Virus record (IMG/VR): IMGVR_UViG_3300032050_000002
Direction: 5' to 3' (one strand)
DNA: 64,000 nt
DNA from: a virus
Lineage: Duplodnaviria; Caudoviricetes
Made by a program: the position numbers and the translations under genes. This document shows, one piece after another, positions 18,145 to 28,192 of this stretch. How positions within the stretch are numbered: the stretch's first letter is position 1; the number at the start of each line of letters is the position of its first letter. The notes below the pieces were generated by a model. It was given only the letters and a program-made list of their open reading frames with translations. It had not been told where the DNA came from and searched no databases.

Positions 18145-19083
18145 ATGAAGAAGTTGAAAGACAAAACGACAAAACGAATAAATAAAGCTATGGAGTATTT
18201 ACACGAAGATGGAACTCCTTTTACAAAAGAAGAGTTTCTACAAAAATTAAAAACAGATAAGGAATTTAATAATGAGTTCGGTAATAAAGGAATAGACCAA
18301 ATCGCAAACCTAATCAACGACCTCAAAACAAATCCAGACTCAAGAAGACTAATGGTTTCAGCTTGGAATGTAGGTGAATTAGACCAAATGGTTCTTCCTC
18401 CCTGTCATTATGGATTTCAAGTTTATACAAGAGAGTTGAGTGAGTTAGAAAGACATGATATTAAAGAACAATATGGGTTTGATTGTAGAAAATTAGCAAA
18501 ACCTTCTATTAAACAATTAGATGATGCGAACATCCCAACCAGAGCAATCTCTTTAATGTGGAATCAACGTTCAGTAGATACATTCTTAGGTTTACCATTT
18601 AATATTGCATCATATGGTTTACTACTTGAAATTATAGCTAAATCAGTTAATATGATACCTGATGAATTGATTGGTAACTTGGGTGATGTGCATTTATATT
18701 CAAACCATATTGAACAAGCTAAAGAACAGATTGGTAGAGAGTTAGATATAATTGAGAGAATAAATTACGGAGTTAATATTTTAGGTTATGAATCATTATT
18801 AGACTATGGCCATTCTCAGAATGAAGATGAATTAATAACAAAGTTATGTAATGAATGGGGTGTACCAAAAAGAACAAGAGAACCATATCCATTACCAACA
18901 TTAAACATCAATACAGAATTTTGGCCTTATGAAGGTGGTGAGTGTGGTGTAGGTCCTTTAGACGCTATTAAAGTGTTTGAAGCGTTTAAAAATGATAACT
19001 TCTGTAGATGTTTATTAGAAGAAGATATACAATTAGGTAACTATCAATCACACCAAACAATTAAAGCTCCCCTATCCAATTAA
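18145..19083 (+). CDS. thyA: Thymidylate synthase, C-terminal (catalytic) fragment
   Basis: IDQI...PDSRR...WNVGELDQMVLPPCH, QRSVDTFLGLPFNIASY, GDVHLYSNH; true start may be ATG 18190. Confidence 0.9.
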   Translation: MKKLKDKTTKRINKAMEYLHEDGTPFTKEEFLQKLKTDKEFNNEFGNKGIDQIANLINDLKTNPDSRRLMVSAWNVGELDQMVLPPCHYGFQVYTRELSELERHDIKEQYGFDCRKLAKPSIKQLDDANIPTRAISLMWNQRSVDTFLGLPFNIASYGLLLEIIAKSVNMIPDELIGNLGDVHLYSNHIEQAKEQIGRELDIIERINYGVNILGYESLLDYGHSQNEDELITKLCNEWGVPKRTREPYPLPTLNINTEFWPYEGGECGVGPLDAIKVFEAFKNDNFCRCLLEEDIQLGNYQSHQTIKAPLSN

Positions 19084-19205
19084 TGAAAATCACAAAAATA
19101 AAATTAGATAAAAGTAATCGAATGTTACGACTTGGTTTTGGAAAACATGAAGGTAAATGGTTTTTTAGAATTGATTTGTGGTTTTTTGGTTTTAGATTAA
19201 CATAA
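19083..19205 (+). CDS. 40-aa hypothetical micro-ORF, not in the track
   Basis: MKITKIKLDKSNRMLRLGFGKHEGKWFFRIDLWFFGFRLT; TAATG coupling at both ends. Confidence 0.55.
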   Translation: MKITKIKLDKSNRMLRLGFGKHEGKWFFRIDLWFFGFRLT

Positions 19206-19591
19206 TGATGAGAAAACCTGACAATGTTGCCGACAATCCCGGTCTTTTACCTTATGGTAGTAATATCGGAGCCCCATCAATAAAAATTGATAACGTTGAT
19301 GGTTGGAAAAAATCTAATGTTTTTAAAGTTAACAAAGAATTAAATACAAGATTTGAAGAATTAAAAAATCAATACCAAAAACTGATTGAGGAATATGAAT
19401 GGAATCAGTTAGTATATTCTGCACATTATAATTTTGAACCAATTATCGGAGAAACTTATCATCTGTATAGAAATAATGATAAAATTTTTTTATCTTTAAT
19501 TAAACCTGAAGAATGGAAATTAGAGTATTTGGGTAGTTTTAAGTTAGATTCAAATAACAAGTGGAATAAATTAGATGAAATACATTTTTAA
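19205..19591 (+). CDS. DUF2452-like protein
   Basis: LPYGSNIGAPSI...FEPIIGETYHLY...LSLIKPEEW pattern. Confidence 0.6.
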   Translation: MMRKPDNVADNPGLLPYGSNIGAPSIKIDNVDGWKKSNVFKVNKELNTRFEELKNQYQKLIEEYEWNQLVYSAHYNFEPIIGETYHLYRNNDKIFLSLIKPEEWKLEYLGSFKLDSNNKWNKLDEIHF

Positions 19592-20411
19592 TGTAATAAA
19601 AGAATTTAAATGGTCTTTATTACTCATATATTTTTACATAGTTTTAGTTGAGGTTATACATTTGGTAGAACCTTACATCTTAGGAAAGAGTATTGATGGT
19701 CTTTTAAAGAAAGAATATGGTTGGTTAATTTTGTTTTTTACCACATCTATGGTCTCAAATGTTATATTCTTTAAGAGAATGTTATTTGACACAAAAATAT
19801 ATACCAAAATATATAATAAAATCGTTTTTAAATATCTAAGAGCCAATAAAGACTGTAATACCTCAACAAGAGTTGCGAGAACCGAAATGACTAATCAAAT
19901 TGTTGGATTCTTAGAACACGAAATTCACTATTATATATCATCAGTTCTTTCTGTTTTTGGTAGTTTATTTTTTATATTTTTACAACATACCCCAACAGGT
20001 TTTGTAACATTATCTTGTATGATACCAATAATATTTATTGTTTCAAAGTTTTATAAAAAAATTGGTCAAGGAACAAAAATTCTTCACTCCCACTACGAAA
20101 AGAAGATGTCAACAATGGATACAAATTCAATGACACTAATTGAAAGTTTCTTTAAGAGAAGAGCGAGACTAATTGTTTATCAATCAACAATACAAGGTAA
20201 AAATTGGTTTTCACTAAACTCAACAAAAATGTGTTTTTTAATTTTAGCACTATTTGTATTTACACATAACAATGTAAATTTAACTCAAGGACAAGCAATT
20301 TCAATGTACGCATATATACATCAATTCTTGATATCTTTATTATCAATCCCTGTCGGGATGGAGACATTTACAAGAATGAAAGACATATTAAATAGAATAA
20401 AAGAAAAATGA
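19575..20411 (+). CDS. ABC transporter transmembrane domain only, no ATPase
   Basis: Six TM-like segments, PYILGKSIDGLL and RR.FDTK.YT patterns; no Walker A. Confidence 0.6.
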   Translation: MKYIFNVIKEFKWSLLLIYFYIVLVEVIHLVEPYILGKSIDGLLKKEYGWLILFFTTSMVSNVIFFKRMLFDTKIYTKIYNKIVFKYLRANKDCNTSTRVARTEMTNQIVGFLEHEIHYYISSVLSVFGSLFFIFLQHTPTGFVTLSCMIPIIFIVSKFYKKIGQGTKILHSHYEKKMSTMDTNSMTLIESFFKRRARLIVYQSTIQGKNWFSLNSTKMCFLILALFVFTHNNVNLTQGQAISMYAYIHQFLISLLSIPVGMETFTRMKDILNRIKEK

Positions 20412-20493
20412 TTAAAAAAATATTAACTTGGTTAAGTTTTATAGAAAACAAAAGATTAGATTATTTATCTAAATCAATCTTTGGTAAATTATA

Positions 20494-21096
20494 GTGGAAT
20501 TAAACCATAACATACCCCATTTTAAATGTCTTGTTAGACAATCTTATTTTACAAAAAATGAAGAACATAAAAACATTTACAATAACTGTTACGCATTTGC
20601 AATACAATCAGTTCCCGCAAAAATATTGACCTTTCATGTAATTACTGATTATGGAATGGTTAGGTCAAGAGTCCCAATATCTGAGATTTATTTAAAAGAA
20701 CCAACCAATGATGTTCCTTTTTATTTTAAACAACTTTGGGATTGTTTTGATAAGAATGTTACAGTTACAACTTACGACTTTTTAAAATCAAATAGGTGTG
20801 AAGTTGTATTGAGAGATAGAACAAAAGTTTGGGCAACTTATATGTTCACTATAGATTGGTTTGACAACCCTTTTAGTGATGAGCCTTCAGATTATAAATG
20901 TGGTCATGTATTAGTTTCTGATGATGGTTATCTTTTATGTATGCCAAATAATAGAATCTATTGGAGAGACTCTAATTGGGTAACAAAAGAATTTCCTGTT
21001 GAACTCAAAGATATTAAAGTAGACACCGAACTACTGAGTGTTGAGAGTGTTTCTGACAGATGGGTATCTGATGATACGGATTCTTTTTATTACTAA
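20494..21096 (+). CDS. Conserved-looking phage hypothetical protein
   Basis: 200-aa ORF with QLWDCF, YMFTIDW and PNNRIYW motifs. Confidence 0.7.
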   Translation: MELNHNIPHFKCLVRQSYFTKNEEHKNIYNNCYAFAIQSVPAKILTFHVITDYGMVRSRVPISEIYLKEPTNDVPFYFKQLWDCFDKNVTVTTYDFLKSNRCEVVLRDRTKVWATYMFTIDWFDNPFSDEPSDYKCGHVLVSDDGYLLCMPNNRIYWRDSNWVTKEFPVELKDIKVDTELLSVESVSDRWVSDDTDSFYY

Positions 21097-21197
21097 CCCT
21101 TTTTAACATGATTCTTGTGCCATAATATAAATGGTAATTGCCAACAAGAGTTGTAATAAGTTATCCACATCAACCAAAGATTTGTATTTTCTTTCAT
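21093..21197 (-). CDS. 34-aa micro-ORF coupled to the adhesin stop, not in the track
   Basis: MKENTNLWLMWITYYNSCWQLPFILWHKNHVKKG; TAATG overlap. Confidence 0.35.
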   Translation of the reverse strand: MKENTNLWLMWITYYNSCWQLPFILWHKNHVKKG

Positions 21198-24100
21198 TAA
21201 TCTATTTTAGAAAAAAGTGTTGTTAAATACTTTTTATTCTCATCATATATTGTTATTTGGTAGAAACCCGTATTCAAAAATCTTAAATCAACTTCATCTT
21301 CAGAATTTATATTTTTAGTTAAATAAACTTTACCTAATATATCTGAAACAACTAAATTAAATTTCTCACTTTCATTATGAAATATTCTTATTTGTAATAA
21401 ACCATTACCCGGATTCGGAAATACTATAAATTCAAAATCTTTATTATCTATTTCACCAAAACCAACTGTTTTTGATGTATTACAAACTTTAGTAACTCCA
21501 AAATAAGCCATTGGACTTGAACCACAAGTATTAACACCCATCACACTAAATGTACCACCCATAAAAGATGAGCTTGTTTTAGCCATAACACTATTTCCTG
21601 TTGTTGAACCAATAAATTGAGTTCCGTTAGAGTTATTCCAAATATAACTTGTAATTCTTGGAGATGTTGATGCAACTAATCTAATTGTATCAGGAAAACA
21701 AACCGATGAAGTTCCTGTAACAGTGGGTCTAACAGTCAATAAACCAACTTTCTTTTTACTTAATACACTACCACAAGCAAATTGTGTCGCTAATCTTATA
21801 CTATCACAAGAATTATTAATACAAGATGTGGATTCAAAATTACTTGGGAAAAATACGTCTATAGAGTTCGTTCCTTGACCTCTCACTATTTGAGCATTTC
21901 CTGGTACAGTCCAATTAAACGATAACGCTCCTGTTGTAGATACACTATACGTGTTAGTAAACCCATTATCAACACAATTAACACCACTTATACTAACACT
22001 TGGTAAACCCAAATCAACGGTTCTAATTCTTGTTATAGGATTTCCACATCCACCCGTAATTACAACTTGAATGTTTCCACCTGTAAAACCATTTTGGAAT
22101 GTTACATTAATTGAATTAGTTCCCTGACCACTAATTATTGTTGAGTTAGCAGGTACAGTCCACAAATAGTTAACTCCACTTATTGGACTAACACTAAACG
22201 TTGCAGGAGTGTTAGTTCCTACTAAACTACAAACACTTCTTACACCTGAAATTGCTGAAGCGGAAATTGTTGATGTTGTTGTTGATAGTGTTCTATTTGA
22301 AGATATACTTCCTCCACAACCATTGTTTAAGTTAACACTAATTGTTCCTGAACTAAATGAGTTAGATACTAATACATTTATTGAATTAGTTCCTTGACCC
22401 GATTGTATTGTCATATTAGTAGGAACAGTCCAAGTAAATGTTCCACTTTGATTTGTAACACTATAAGTAACTGATTGACCTAAGTACGGACACAAATCGC
22501 CAGGGCCTGTTATAGTTCCTATATTAGCGTAAAGATTATTATTAGATACAGTTCCATAAGTCATAGGTGATGAACCACATTTGTTAACTGACATCACACT
22601 AAATTGACCTGAAGTAAAGTTTGTACTAAATTTTACTTTAAGTGTGTCATTACTACTTGAACCTATTATACTAACACCATTAGGTACATTCCAAATATAC
22701 ATAAACGATGTAGGTACAGAATCGACTCTATAAGTGTAAATTGTATTACCATCAGCACAAACTGTTGTAGGTCCTAAGATAGACGTAGGTCTAACAACTA
22801 ATCTATCAATCGTAAATTGAGTTGTACTACTTCCACAAGAATTTGTTGCAGTAACTGAACCACCTGAACCACTTACCAACATTATTGACACTTTAAATTG
22901 TACAGTATCGTTACCTTGTCCACTATATATATTAACTCCATAAGGTACAACCCAATTATAAGTCATATTTGGTTGTGAATTTGTTACAATGTATGATTTA
23001 ATACTACCTGTAGGTTCACCACAGAAACTACCTGATACGATTGGTTTATTAGGTAATTTAGTAACCCAAATACTTCTATGATAAGTAATACCATTAGAAA
23101 CAACATCAACTTCAATACTATCTTGAACGAACCCTGAAGAAAAATTAACATTTATTGTTGGGTTACTTAATCCATTAGTTGATGTTATACCATTAGGTAA
23201 AATCCAAGTAATACTTTCAGGACTTGCGTTAGAATAATCAATGGTATATGAACCAGAACTAAGACCACATATTGAAGTGGGACCTTCTATTTGACCAACA
23301 TTAATAATTGCTGACGTACAACCCAAAGTCATTGGAGAAACTGATTGACAACCTTTAGAATCCGTAACAGTTAATGTGTAATTACCTGACGCGACGCCCG
23401 TTAAATTTTGTGTTGTTTGACCATTTGACCAACTGTATGTAAAAGGAGGAGTTCCACCAATAACACTACTACTTACAACACCATTATTTGAACCACAATT
23501 AGGGTAAGTTGTTATATCTAATGATATACTAATTTCTGATGGTTGAGAAATATTAATATATGTAATTTTTGTACAACCTTTATTATCTGTAACAGTAATT
23601 TGATAATTACCTGATGTTAAATTAGAAATACTACTTTGAGTATTTCCTGTATTCCACATATAAAGATAAGGTAGAGTTCCTCCTGACGCAGTAACCGAAG
23701 CGCTACCATTATTACCACCATAACAATTCACATTTGTCGTTGTTACAATTGTTGTTAGTTGAGTTGGTTGAGTTATTGTAACCGTTCTTGTCGTCTGACA
23801 CCCCTTTGAATCCGTAACTGTTACACTATAAGTGTTTGCCACAAGTGAGAAAATATCTTCTGTTGTTTGACCATTACTCCATAAGTAAGTATAAGGTGAT
23901 GTTCCTCCTGATGGAGTTAAGTTTATACTACCGCCAGGTTGTCCAAAACAACTTGGGTTAAAACTAGTTGATGTTGAGGCAAGTAACGTAGGTTGAGTAA
24001 TTGTGATTGATGTAGTTGATGTACAACCATAAAAATCTGTGACTGTAACTGAATAATCTCCTGATGTTAGGTTTGATATGTCCTCAGTAGTTCCACCATT

Positions 24101-26764
24101 AGACCAATTAAAATTAAAAGGTGAATTACCTAACGGAGTTAAATCTATACTACCATTATTACCACCATTACAACTAACATTAACACTTGTTGTTGATAAT
24201 ATAGAAGGAAATCTAACAGTCCAAGAAGTTAATACATCATAAGCATTGTTAGAACATCCAATACCTGTAGAACAATCACCTCTGCGACCTCTTATTTGAA
24301 CTACACTTCCGGCGGTTAGTGATGTTGTAGATATTAAAGTTCCTGGAGTATAACTTTGCCAAGATGTACCATTAATAGTGTATTGAAATATATCTGAACA
24401 GTTTATACCATTACTACCCGAATTGAATGTCGCTGATACATCACTACCAACACAAACATTGTTTGAGTTGGGTGTTTTAGTATTTAAAGTTGGATTAATT
24501 GGGTCAGGAATTACATTAACGGTATGAACGGGTGAGGTTCCTACACACCCTTTAGAATCTGTAACTACTACTCTATAATCTCTTGTTGATGTAGGTGTTG
24601 CGTTTATTGTTGTGGTTGTAACACTGTTTTGCCAAGTAGAGTTAAAAAATTGCCATTGATAAAAATAAGTTGGAAATCCCGATGTTACAGTTGAAGTTAT
24701 ATTATTAGTTCCCGAACCTCCAGCACATATCTGACTTGTGTAAGTGTTTAAGGTGACAGATGGGTTTGTTGCGGTAGTTAACGACACAGTATTTGAATTA
24801 ACAGATTGATTACAAGTATTTGTAATACTAACATAATAATTTCCTAATGTTGATGTAGAATAAGTCGATGAGTTAGCCCCTGATATTGGATTGTTATTTA
24901 AAAACCATTGATAAGTAAAAGGTTGTCTAACTCCTGATGCGGTAACTGAAAAAGTTACTTGTGATGTACAAGTTGTTTCATTAATAGGTTGTGTAGTTAT
25001 TGTTGGCGGTGAAGAAGTGTAATTAACTGATAATTGAAATGTTCCTCTTGCATTACTATAACCTGTAACCATCACATAATATTCTGTTAAATCTGTTGTT
25101 GCAAATGTAACTTCAGAACGAGTACTACAAAAATCATCACTATAGGTTAAACAAGTAAGTGCTCCACAAGTTCCTGTATATACAAATAATTTAGTATCAA
25201 AAGAAGTTCCTGTACATAAACTTAATGTTACATTTTGTCCGTTACCAATAACCTTATACCAAACCCCTGGTGCAGTCCAAGTCTCAGAGCCACCGTTATA
25301 ACAACTTGGTGAATCACCTGTTTGAGTCGCATTTTGAGTACTACCATTGAAAGTTGTATTACAAGAGGTGATAATCGCTCCTGAACATTCATCATTTGAA
25401 GGTGGTGGAATTGTACACTGAACACTTCTTGTTCTTATTGTTACTGATTCTCCACATGAGTTATTTGTATGAGTATAAAATCTCACAGTTTCGTTTGAAC
25501 TTGGTGTATAAACAACTGGTGTTGTCCCGTAAACTAAAACTGTTGTTCCTCCATTATTACTAATAGTTATAAAATCTGTTAACACCGAACTTCTAAATGT
25601 ATATTGAATTCCTCCTGTTAAACTAACCACTGAGTATTCACCCGCGTAACCACCTGTTGTAATATTTTCTTGAGTTCCTGAACAAGTTGGTGTGTATGTT
25701 GATGTCGGCCATTGACCATTTGAAGCGGTTAGACATCCAGGACCTGAAGTTGTAAATGTCCATACCGAACATCCTATAGCATTACCTGCAGAATTCTTTG
25801 GGATTATTTGCCAATAATATTGTGTGTTATAACTTAATGTTGATGGAGTATATGTTGTTCCAACTTGGTTAACAACAAAAGGTGGAGACGAATTTGACCC
25901 AAAATAAACATCATAACTTGTTGCACCAGATACCGCTCCCCAAGTTAAAGTAGGTCCTATAAATACACCCGTTTGATTATTTGTTGGCGATGTTAAAGTT
26001 GCACAAATAGGAACCGCTTGATAAGTTAATATAACTCTACCCGCAGCACCTCCACCACCAGCTCTACCTGTTGTATTATTTTTATACGCACCGCCACCTC
26101 CACCACCTGGAGATACACCTGACGAACCTGCTCCACCTGAAGAGTGACCACTACCACCATTACCTCCACCAGCAGGTGCGGTAGCTCCCGCAGTTCCCGT
26201 TGCATCAACACCGGCTAAAGTAGTTCCTGCTGATGAGCCCCCTCCTCCCGAAGTTACCCCACCAACTCTACCACTACCACCCCTACTTGATGTTCCTATA
26301 CACCCTGTTGTAGAACCAACTCCAGCAGTAGTTCCAACTGCACTTTGTCCGCCCTTAGCGACAACACCGTTAGTTGATACTGTAGGGGCAATGTTTGACA
26401 ATTTACTAACCCAAGTATCATTACCGTTAGATGCGTTACCTTGAACTCCAGCTCTTGCTGCTCCAACACTATAATAAATTGTTTGACCAGGTGTTACAGA
26501 TATTGTTGTTGTTGAACGAGAACCTCCCGCTCCGCCCGCAAATCCCCCTGTTCCTGATGTTGATTGTCCGGCACCAGCTCCACCACCACCCCAAGCATCA
26601 ATTTTAATTGAGTATACGTTAGCAGGGACAGTCCAAGTTCCTGATGATGTTCCAACATTTGCTCCTGAGGCGGGCATTGTTTGAGAAAAATTTTTAAGAT
26701 TACATAAAATAAAAATAGATAAGAATAGGGTCTTAAAAAATGATGATAAAGTAAGAGGTTTCAT
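21197..26764 (-). CDS. 1855-aa T9SS-secreted adhesin-like protein (signal peptide, Gly-rich domain, FN3/Ig-like, 4 SprB repeats, ~7 PKD-like repeats, T9SS type A C-terminal domain)
   Basis: SCNGGNNGSI...WSNG.TT..ISNLTSG.Y.VTVTD..GC repeats; W.VP....I.SGQGTNSI.V repeats; C-terminal IVFPNPGNG...LNTGFYQI. Confidence 0.9.
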   Translation of the reverse strand: MKPLTLSSFFKTLFLSIFILCNLKNFSQTMPASGANVGTSSGTWTVPANVYSIKIDAWGGGGAGAGQSTSGTGGFAGGAGGSRSTTTISVTPGQTIYYSVGAARAGVQGNASNGNDTWVSKLSNIAPTVSTNGVVAKGGQSAVGTTAGVGSTTGCIGTSSRGGSGRVGGVTSGGGGSSAGTTLAGVDATGTAGATAPAGGGNGGSGHSSGGAGSSGVSPGGGGGGAYKNNTTGRAGGGGAAGRVILTYQAVPICATLTSPTNNQTGVFIGPTLTWGAVSGATSYDVYFGSNSSPPFVVNQVGTTYTPSTLSYNTQYYWQIIPKNSAGNAIGCSVWTFTTSGPGCLTASNGQWPTSTYTPTCSGTQENITTGGYAGEYSVVSLTGGIQYTFRSSVLTDFITISNNGGTTVLVYGTTPVVYTPSSNETVRFYTHTNNSCGESVTIRTRSVQCTIPPPSNDECSGAIITSCNTTFNGSTQNATQTGDSPSCYNGGSETWTAPGVWYKVIGNGQNVTLSLCTGTSFDTKLFVYTGTCGALTCLTYSDDFCSTRSEVTFATTDLTEYYVMVTGYSNARGTFQLSVNYTSSPPTITTQPINETTCTSQVTFSVTASGVRQPFTYQWFLNNNPISGANSSTYSTSTLGNYYVSITNTCNQSVNSNTVSLTTATNPSVTLNTYTSQICAGGSGTNNITSTVTSGFPTYFYQWQFFNSTWQNSVTTTTINATPTSTRDYRVVVTDSKGCVGTSPVHTVNVIPDPINPTLNTKTPNSNNVCVGSDVSATFNSGSNGINCSDIFQYTINGTSWQSYTPGTLISTTSLTAGSVVQIRGRRGDCSTGIGCSNNAYDVLTSWTVRFPSILSTTSVNVSCNGGNNGSIDLTPLGNSPFNFNWSNGGTTEDISNLTSGDYSVTVTDFYGCTSTTSITITQPTLLASTSTSFNPSCFGQPGGSINLTPSGGTSPYTYLWSNGQTTEDIFSLVANTYSVTVTDSKGCQTTRTVTITQPTQLTTIVTTTNVNCYGGNNGSASVTASGGTLPYLYMWNTGNTQSSISNLTSGNYQITVTDNKGCTKITYINISQPSEISISLDITTYPNCGSNNGVVSSSVIGGTPPFTYSWSNGQTTQNLTGVASGNYTLTVTDSKGCQSVSPMTLGCTSAIINVGQIEGPTSICGLSSGSYTIDYSNASPESITWILPNGITSTNGLSNPTINVNFSSGFVQDSIEVDVVSNGITYHRSIWVTKLPNKPIVSGSFCGEPTGSIKSYIVTNSQPNMTYNWVVPYGVNIYSGQGNDTVQFKVSIMLVSGSGGSVTATNSCGSSTTQFTIDRLVVRPTSILGPTTVCADGNTIYTYRVDSVPTSFMYIWNVPNGVSIIGSSSNDTLKVKFSTNFTSGQFSVMSVNKCGSSPMTYGTVSNNNLYANIGTITGPGDLCPYLGQSVTYSVTNQSGTFTWTVPTNMTIQSGQGTNSINVLVSNSFSSGTISVNLNNGCGGSISSNRTLSTTTSTISASAISGVRSVCSLVGTNTPATFSVSPISGVNYLWTVPANSTIISGQGTNSINVTFQNGFTGGNIQVVITGGCGNPITRIRTVDLGLPSVSISGVNCVDNGFTNTYSVSTTGALSFNWTVPGNAQIVRGQGTNSIDVFFPSNFESTSCINNSCDSIRLATQFACGSVLSKKKVGLLTVRPTVTGTSSVCFPDTIRLVASTSPRITSYIWNNSNGTQFIGSTTGNSVMAKTSSSFMGGTFSVMGVNTCGSSPMAYFGVTKVCNTSKTVGFGEIDNKDFEFIVFPNPGNGLLQIRIFHNESEKFNLVVSDILGKVYLTKNINSEDEVDLRFLNTGFYQITIYDENKKYLTTLFSKID

Positions 26765-26903
26765 CTTCTTGTTTTTTTGATACCTCCTAAGAGGTGGTTA
26801 TTAATAACACGTCATATATTTATAAATATAAAGAAATTATACAATTTTGAAAAAACTATTGTTGTTTAATTAAAGTTTAAATCTTATATTTTTAATAAAA
26901 AAA

Positions 26904-27053
26904 ATGAAAGAAATTACAATACTAAAAAAAGTCGAGAACTACTACGTTGTTCAATCTCTTGATGGAGAAACTCATGTTATTGATGAAGAAACTTTAAAAA
27001 AGTTAATATCTTATGGTAAAGTTTTTAACCATGAAGATTATATTTATGATTAA
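26904..27053 (+). CDS. 49-aa hypothetical micro-ORF, not in the track
   Basis: MKEITILKKVENYYVVQSLDGETHVIDEETLKKLISYGKVFNHEDYIYD; TAATG coupling. Confidence 0.5.
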   Translation: MKEITILKKVENYYVVQSLDGETHVIDEETLKKLISYGKVFNHEDYIYD

Positions 27054-27442
27054 TGAAAGTAACGGTAAAACATATAAAATCAAAAATAGATAAACGGAAT
27101 TATAATATAATAGATAAGTTTATTCATTTTTTACAAGAACAATATTCATTAAATAATGATGTTGTTATTAATTTTGTTGGGGAAAGAATTGGTAAAATGA
27201 CCACCGGGTCAAGAAGAAAAGACAGTAATATTTTTGTATTAACTAAAAAAAGAATTATTAGAGATATATTAAGAACATTGGCTCATGAATGGGTTCACGA
27301 ATATCAAATGAATGTATTAAATAGAGAAAGAGGTCCTGATATTGGTGGTGAAAATGAAGACATGGCGAACGCCGAGGCGGGTGCATTGATGAAAAAATTT
27401 GAAAAAAGAAATCCTGATATTGAAGAAAAGATGTATGAATAA
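27053..27442 (+). CDS. Putative zincin-like metallopeptidase
   Basis: RTLAHEWVHEYQ...ENEDMANAEAG (HExxH plus downstream E). Confidence 0.6.
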   Translation: MKVTVKHIKSKIDKRNYNIIDKFIHFLQEQYSLNNDVVINFVGERIGKMTTGSRRKDSNIFVLTKKRIIRDILRTLAHEWVHEYQMNVLNRERGPDIGGENEDMANAEAGALMKKFEKRNPDIEEKMYE

Positions 27443-27466
27443 CATACATCTTTCTTTATTTCTTTC

Positions 27467-27892
27467 TTAGTCAACAGATACTATTTCTAAATCAAATATT
27501 AGTTTTTTACCAGCCAATGGATGATTTGCATCAACAACAACACTATCTTCTTTTATTTCAGTCACTCTAACTACAATAGGTCCTTGAGGACCGTGTCCTT
27601 CTAAACTGTCACCAATACTACAATTTTCAGGAACTTGGTCTTTAGGAATTTCAGCCGTCATATCTGAAATATGGTGACCATAAGCGTCCCCTGGTTCAAT
27701 CTCAATAGTTTTTTTTTCTCCTTCGGACATTTCTAAAAGACCGTTTTCAAATCCTTTAATTAATTGACCTTCACCTAAAACGGCGACCAAAGGTTCTCTA
27801 CCAGGATTTAAAGATGAATCAAAAATAGTTCCATCTTCTAGTTTTCCTGTGTAATTTACTTTAACAGTACTTTTGTTTGTTACTTTTTTCAT
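27467..27892 (-). CDS. FKBP-type peptidyl-prolyl isomerase (SlyD/FkpB-like)
   Basis: VNYTGKLEDGTIFDSS...LIKGFENGL...AYG...DANHPLAGKKLIFDLEI. Confidence 0.9.
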   Translation of the reverse strand: MKKVTNKSTVKVNYTGKLEDGTIFDSSLNPGREPLVAVLGEGQLIKGFENGLLEMSEGEKKTIEIEPGDAYGHHISDMTAEIPKDQVPENCSIGDSLEGHGPQGPIVVRVTEIKEDSVVVDANHPLAGKKLIFDLEIVSVD

Positions 27893-28006
27893 AATATTAA
27901 TTTTTATAATTATAAGTAATAAAATTTAACAATCAAATAATTTTTTATTAAAAATAATTTAATAACTTTGTGGTATAATATTTATAATAACCCAATCTTA
28001 ATAATC

Positions 28007-28192
28007 ATGTCAAACGAAGAAATTTTAGAAGAAATCTATGGAATGGCTCATAAATTTGGAGTATTTAATGAGTTTATAACTGAAGTAAATAGGTTGTTGA
28101 AAACAACAAAAGAAACAATTTATGAAATTGCAAATAAAGTTTATTATGAATTTATAAAAAAAGGTTTAATTATTGAGGTTTGTCCTGTATAA
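28007..28192 (+). CDS. Hypothetical protein
   Basis: Start moved to ATG 28007. Confidence 0.55.
   Translation: MSNEEILEEIYGMAHKFGVFNEFITEVNRLLKTTKETIYEIANKVYYEFIKKGLIIEVCPV

Noticed and set aside
22209-26211. Short ORFs inside the adhesin gene (22209+, 25228-, 26026-)
   Set aside because: Alternate frames of a long, clearly modular CDS.
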